A stretch of DNA of 63,685 nucleotides, counting the filler, from Octopus bimaculoides (lineage: Eukaryota): assembly GCF_001194135.2 (NCBI RefSeq). It is 5 parts of 5 records of this genome, joined end to end, with 100 filler letters (N's around TTAATTAATTAA, not from the genome) between each part and the next. Parts side by side here need not be neighbours in the genome. Positions count along the whole stretch, not along the records: positions 60,574 to 63,685 come from NW_026372555.1; 4 more parts are not named here. One strand, given 5' to 3'. The notes under the pieces are model-generated. The model saw only the letters and a list, made by a program, of their open reading frames with translations. It had not been told where the DNA came from and did no database searches. Below, piece after piece: positions 63,559-63,685 of the stretch. Within the stretch, counting starts at the first letter, position 1. Each line of letters begins with the position of its first letter. The translations under genes and the position numbers were made by a program.

Positions 63559-63599
<41 letters not shown>

Positions 63600-63609
63600 G
63601 TATATATAA

Positions 63610-63685
63610 GTCATGATAGATCATTGACCAAAGACCATTCAATTTTTTTTCTCCGTGTTTTTCTCCTTATTTTCTCCGTATTCTT
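63610..63685 (+). repeat. Second copy of the hammerhead-bearing repeat (cut at the window edge just before the core)
   Basis: cattcaattttttttctccgtgtttttctccttattttctccgtattctt matches the reverse complement of 31200-31250. Confidence 0.75.

Overview
Eukaryotic, AT-rich, gap-ridden draft assembly, almost certainly octopus (Octopus sp.). The call rests on tRNA-derived SINE families I recognise from octopus genomes, RTE LINE tails ending in (GAT)n, and dense AT/AC/CATA/GATA/CAT microsatellites. Most of the window is decayed mobile DNA: RTE, CR1/L2/Crack-like and R4/Dong-like LINE fragments; a ~3.5 kb Penelope-like element (PLE; RT plus GIY-YIG) with a minimal hammerhead ribozyme in its 3' flank; mariner DD34D, maT DD37D, Tc1 and hAT relics; a Tigger-like MITE; a Helitron-like 5' end; a 5S rRNA pseudogene; and many SINEs. 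No complete intact gene can be proven. One Pro/Thr/Ser-rich (mucin-like) exon with a good donor lies at 60574-60805. Several short plus-strand exon candidates (22.1, 22.8, 29.8, 43.8 kb) chain in phase into a possible secreted protein, and one of them carries an in-frame TAG. Most notable: (i) minimal hammerhead motifs at 8868-8912 and 31167-31203; (ii) the putative gene with an in-frame UAG, which could be an A-to-I recoding site, a nonsense allele or an error; (iii) a ~340 bp inverted repeat pair and a ~275 bp palindrome able to form dsRNA; (iv) a 5S pseudogene abutting a tRNA-SINE; (v) a variable 66-67 bp tandem array in RTE 3' ends. Most of the supplied ORF track is microsatellite or N-gap noise. 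Assembly artefacts include TTAATTAATTAA gap linkers and an Illumina adapter remnant. No databases were searched; family assignments come from motif recognition, and repeat boundaries are approximate.
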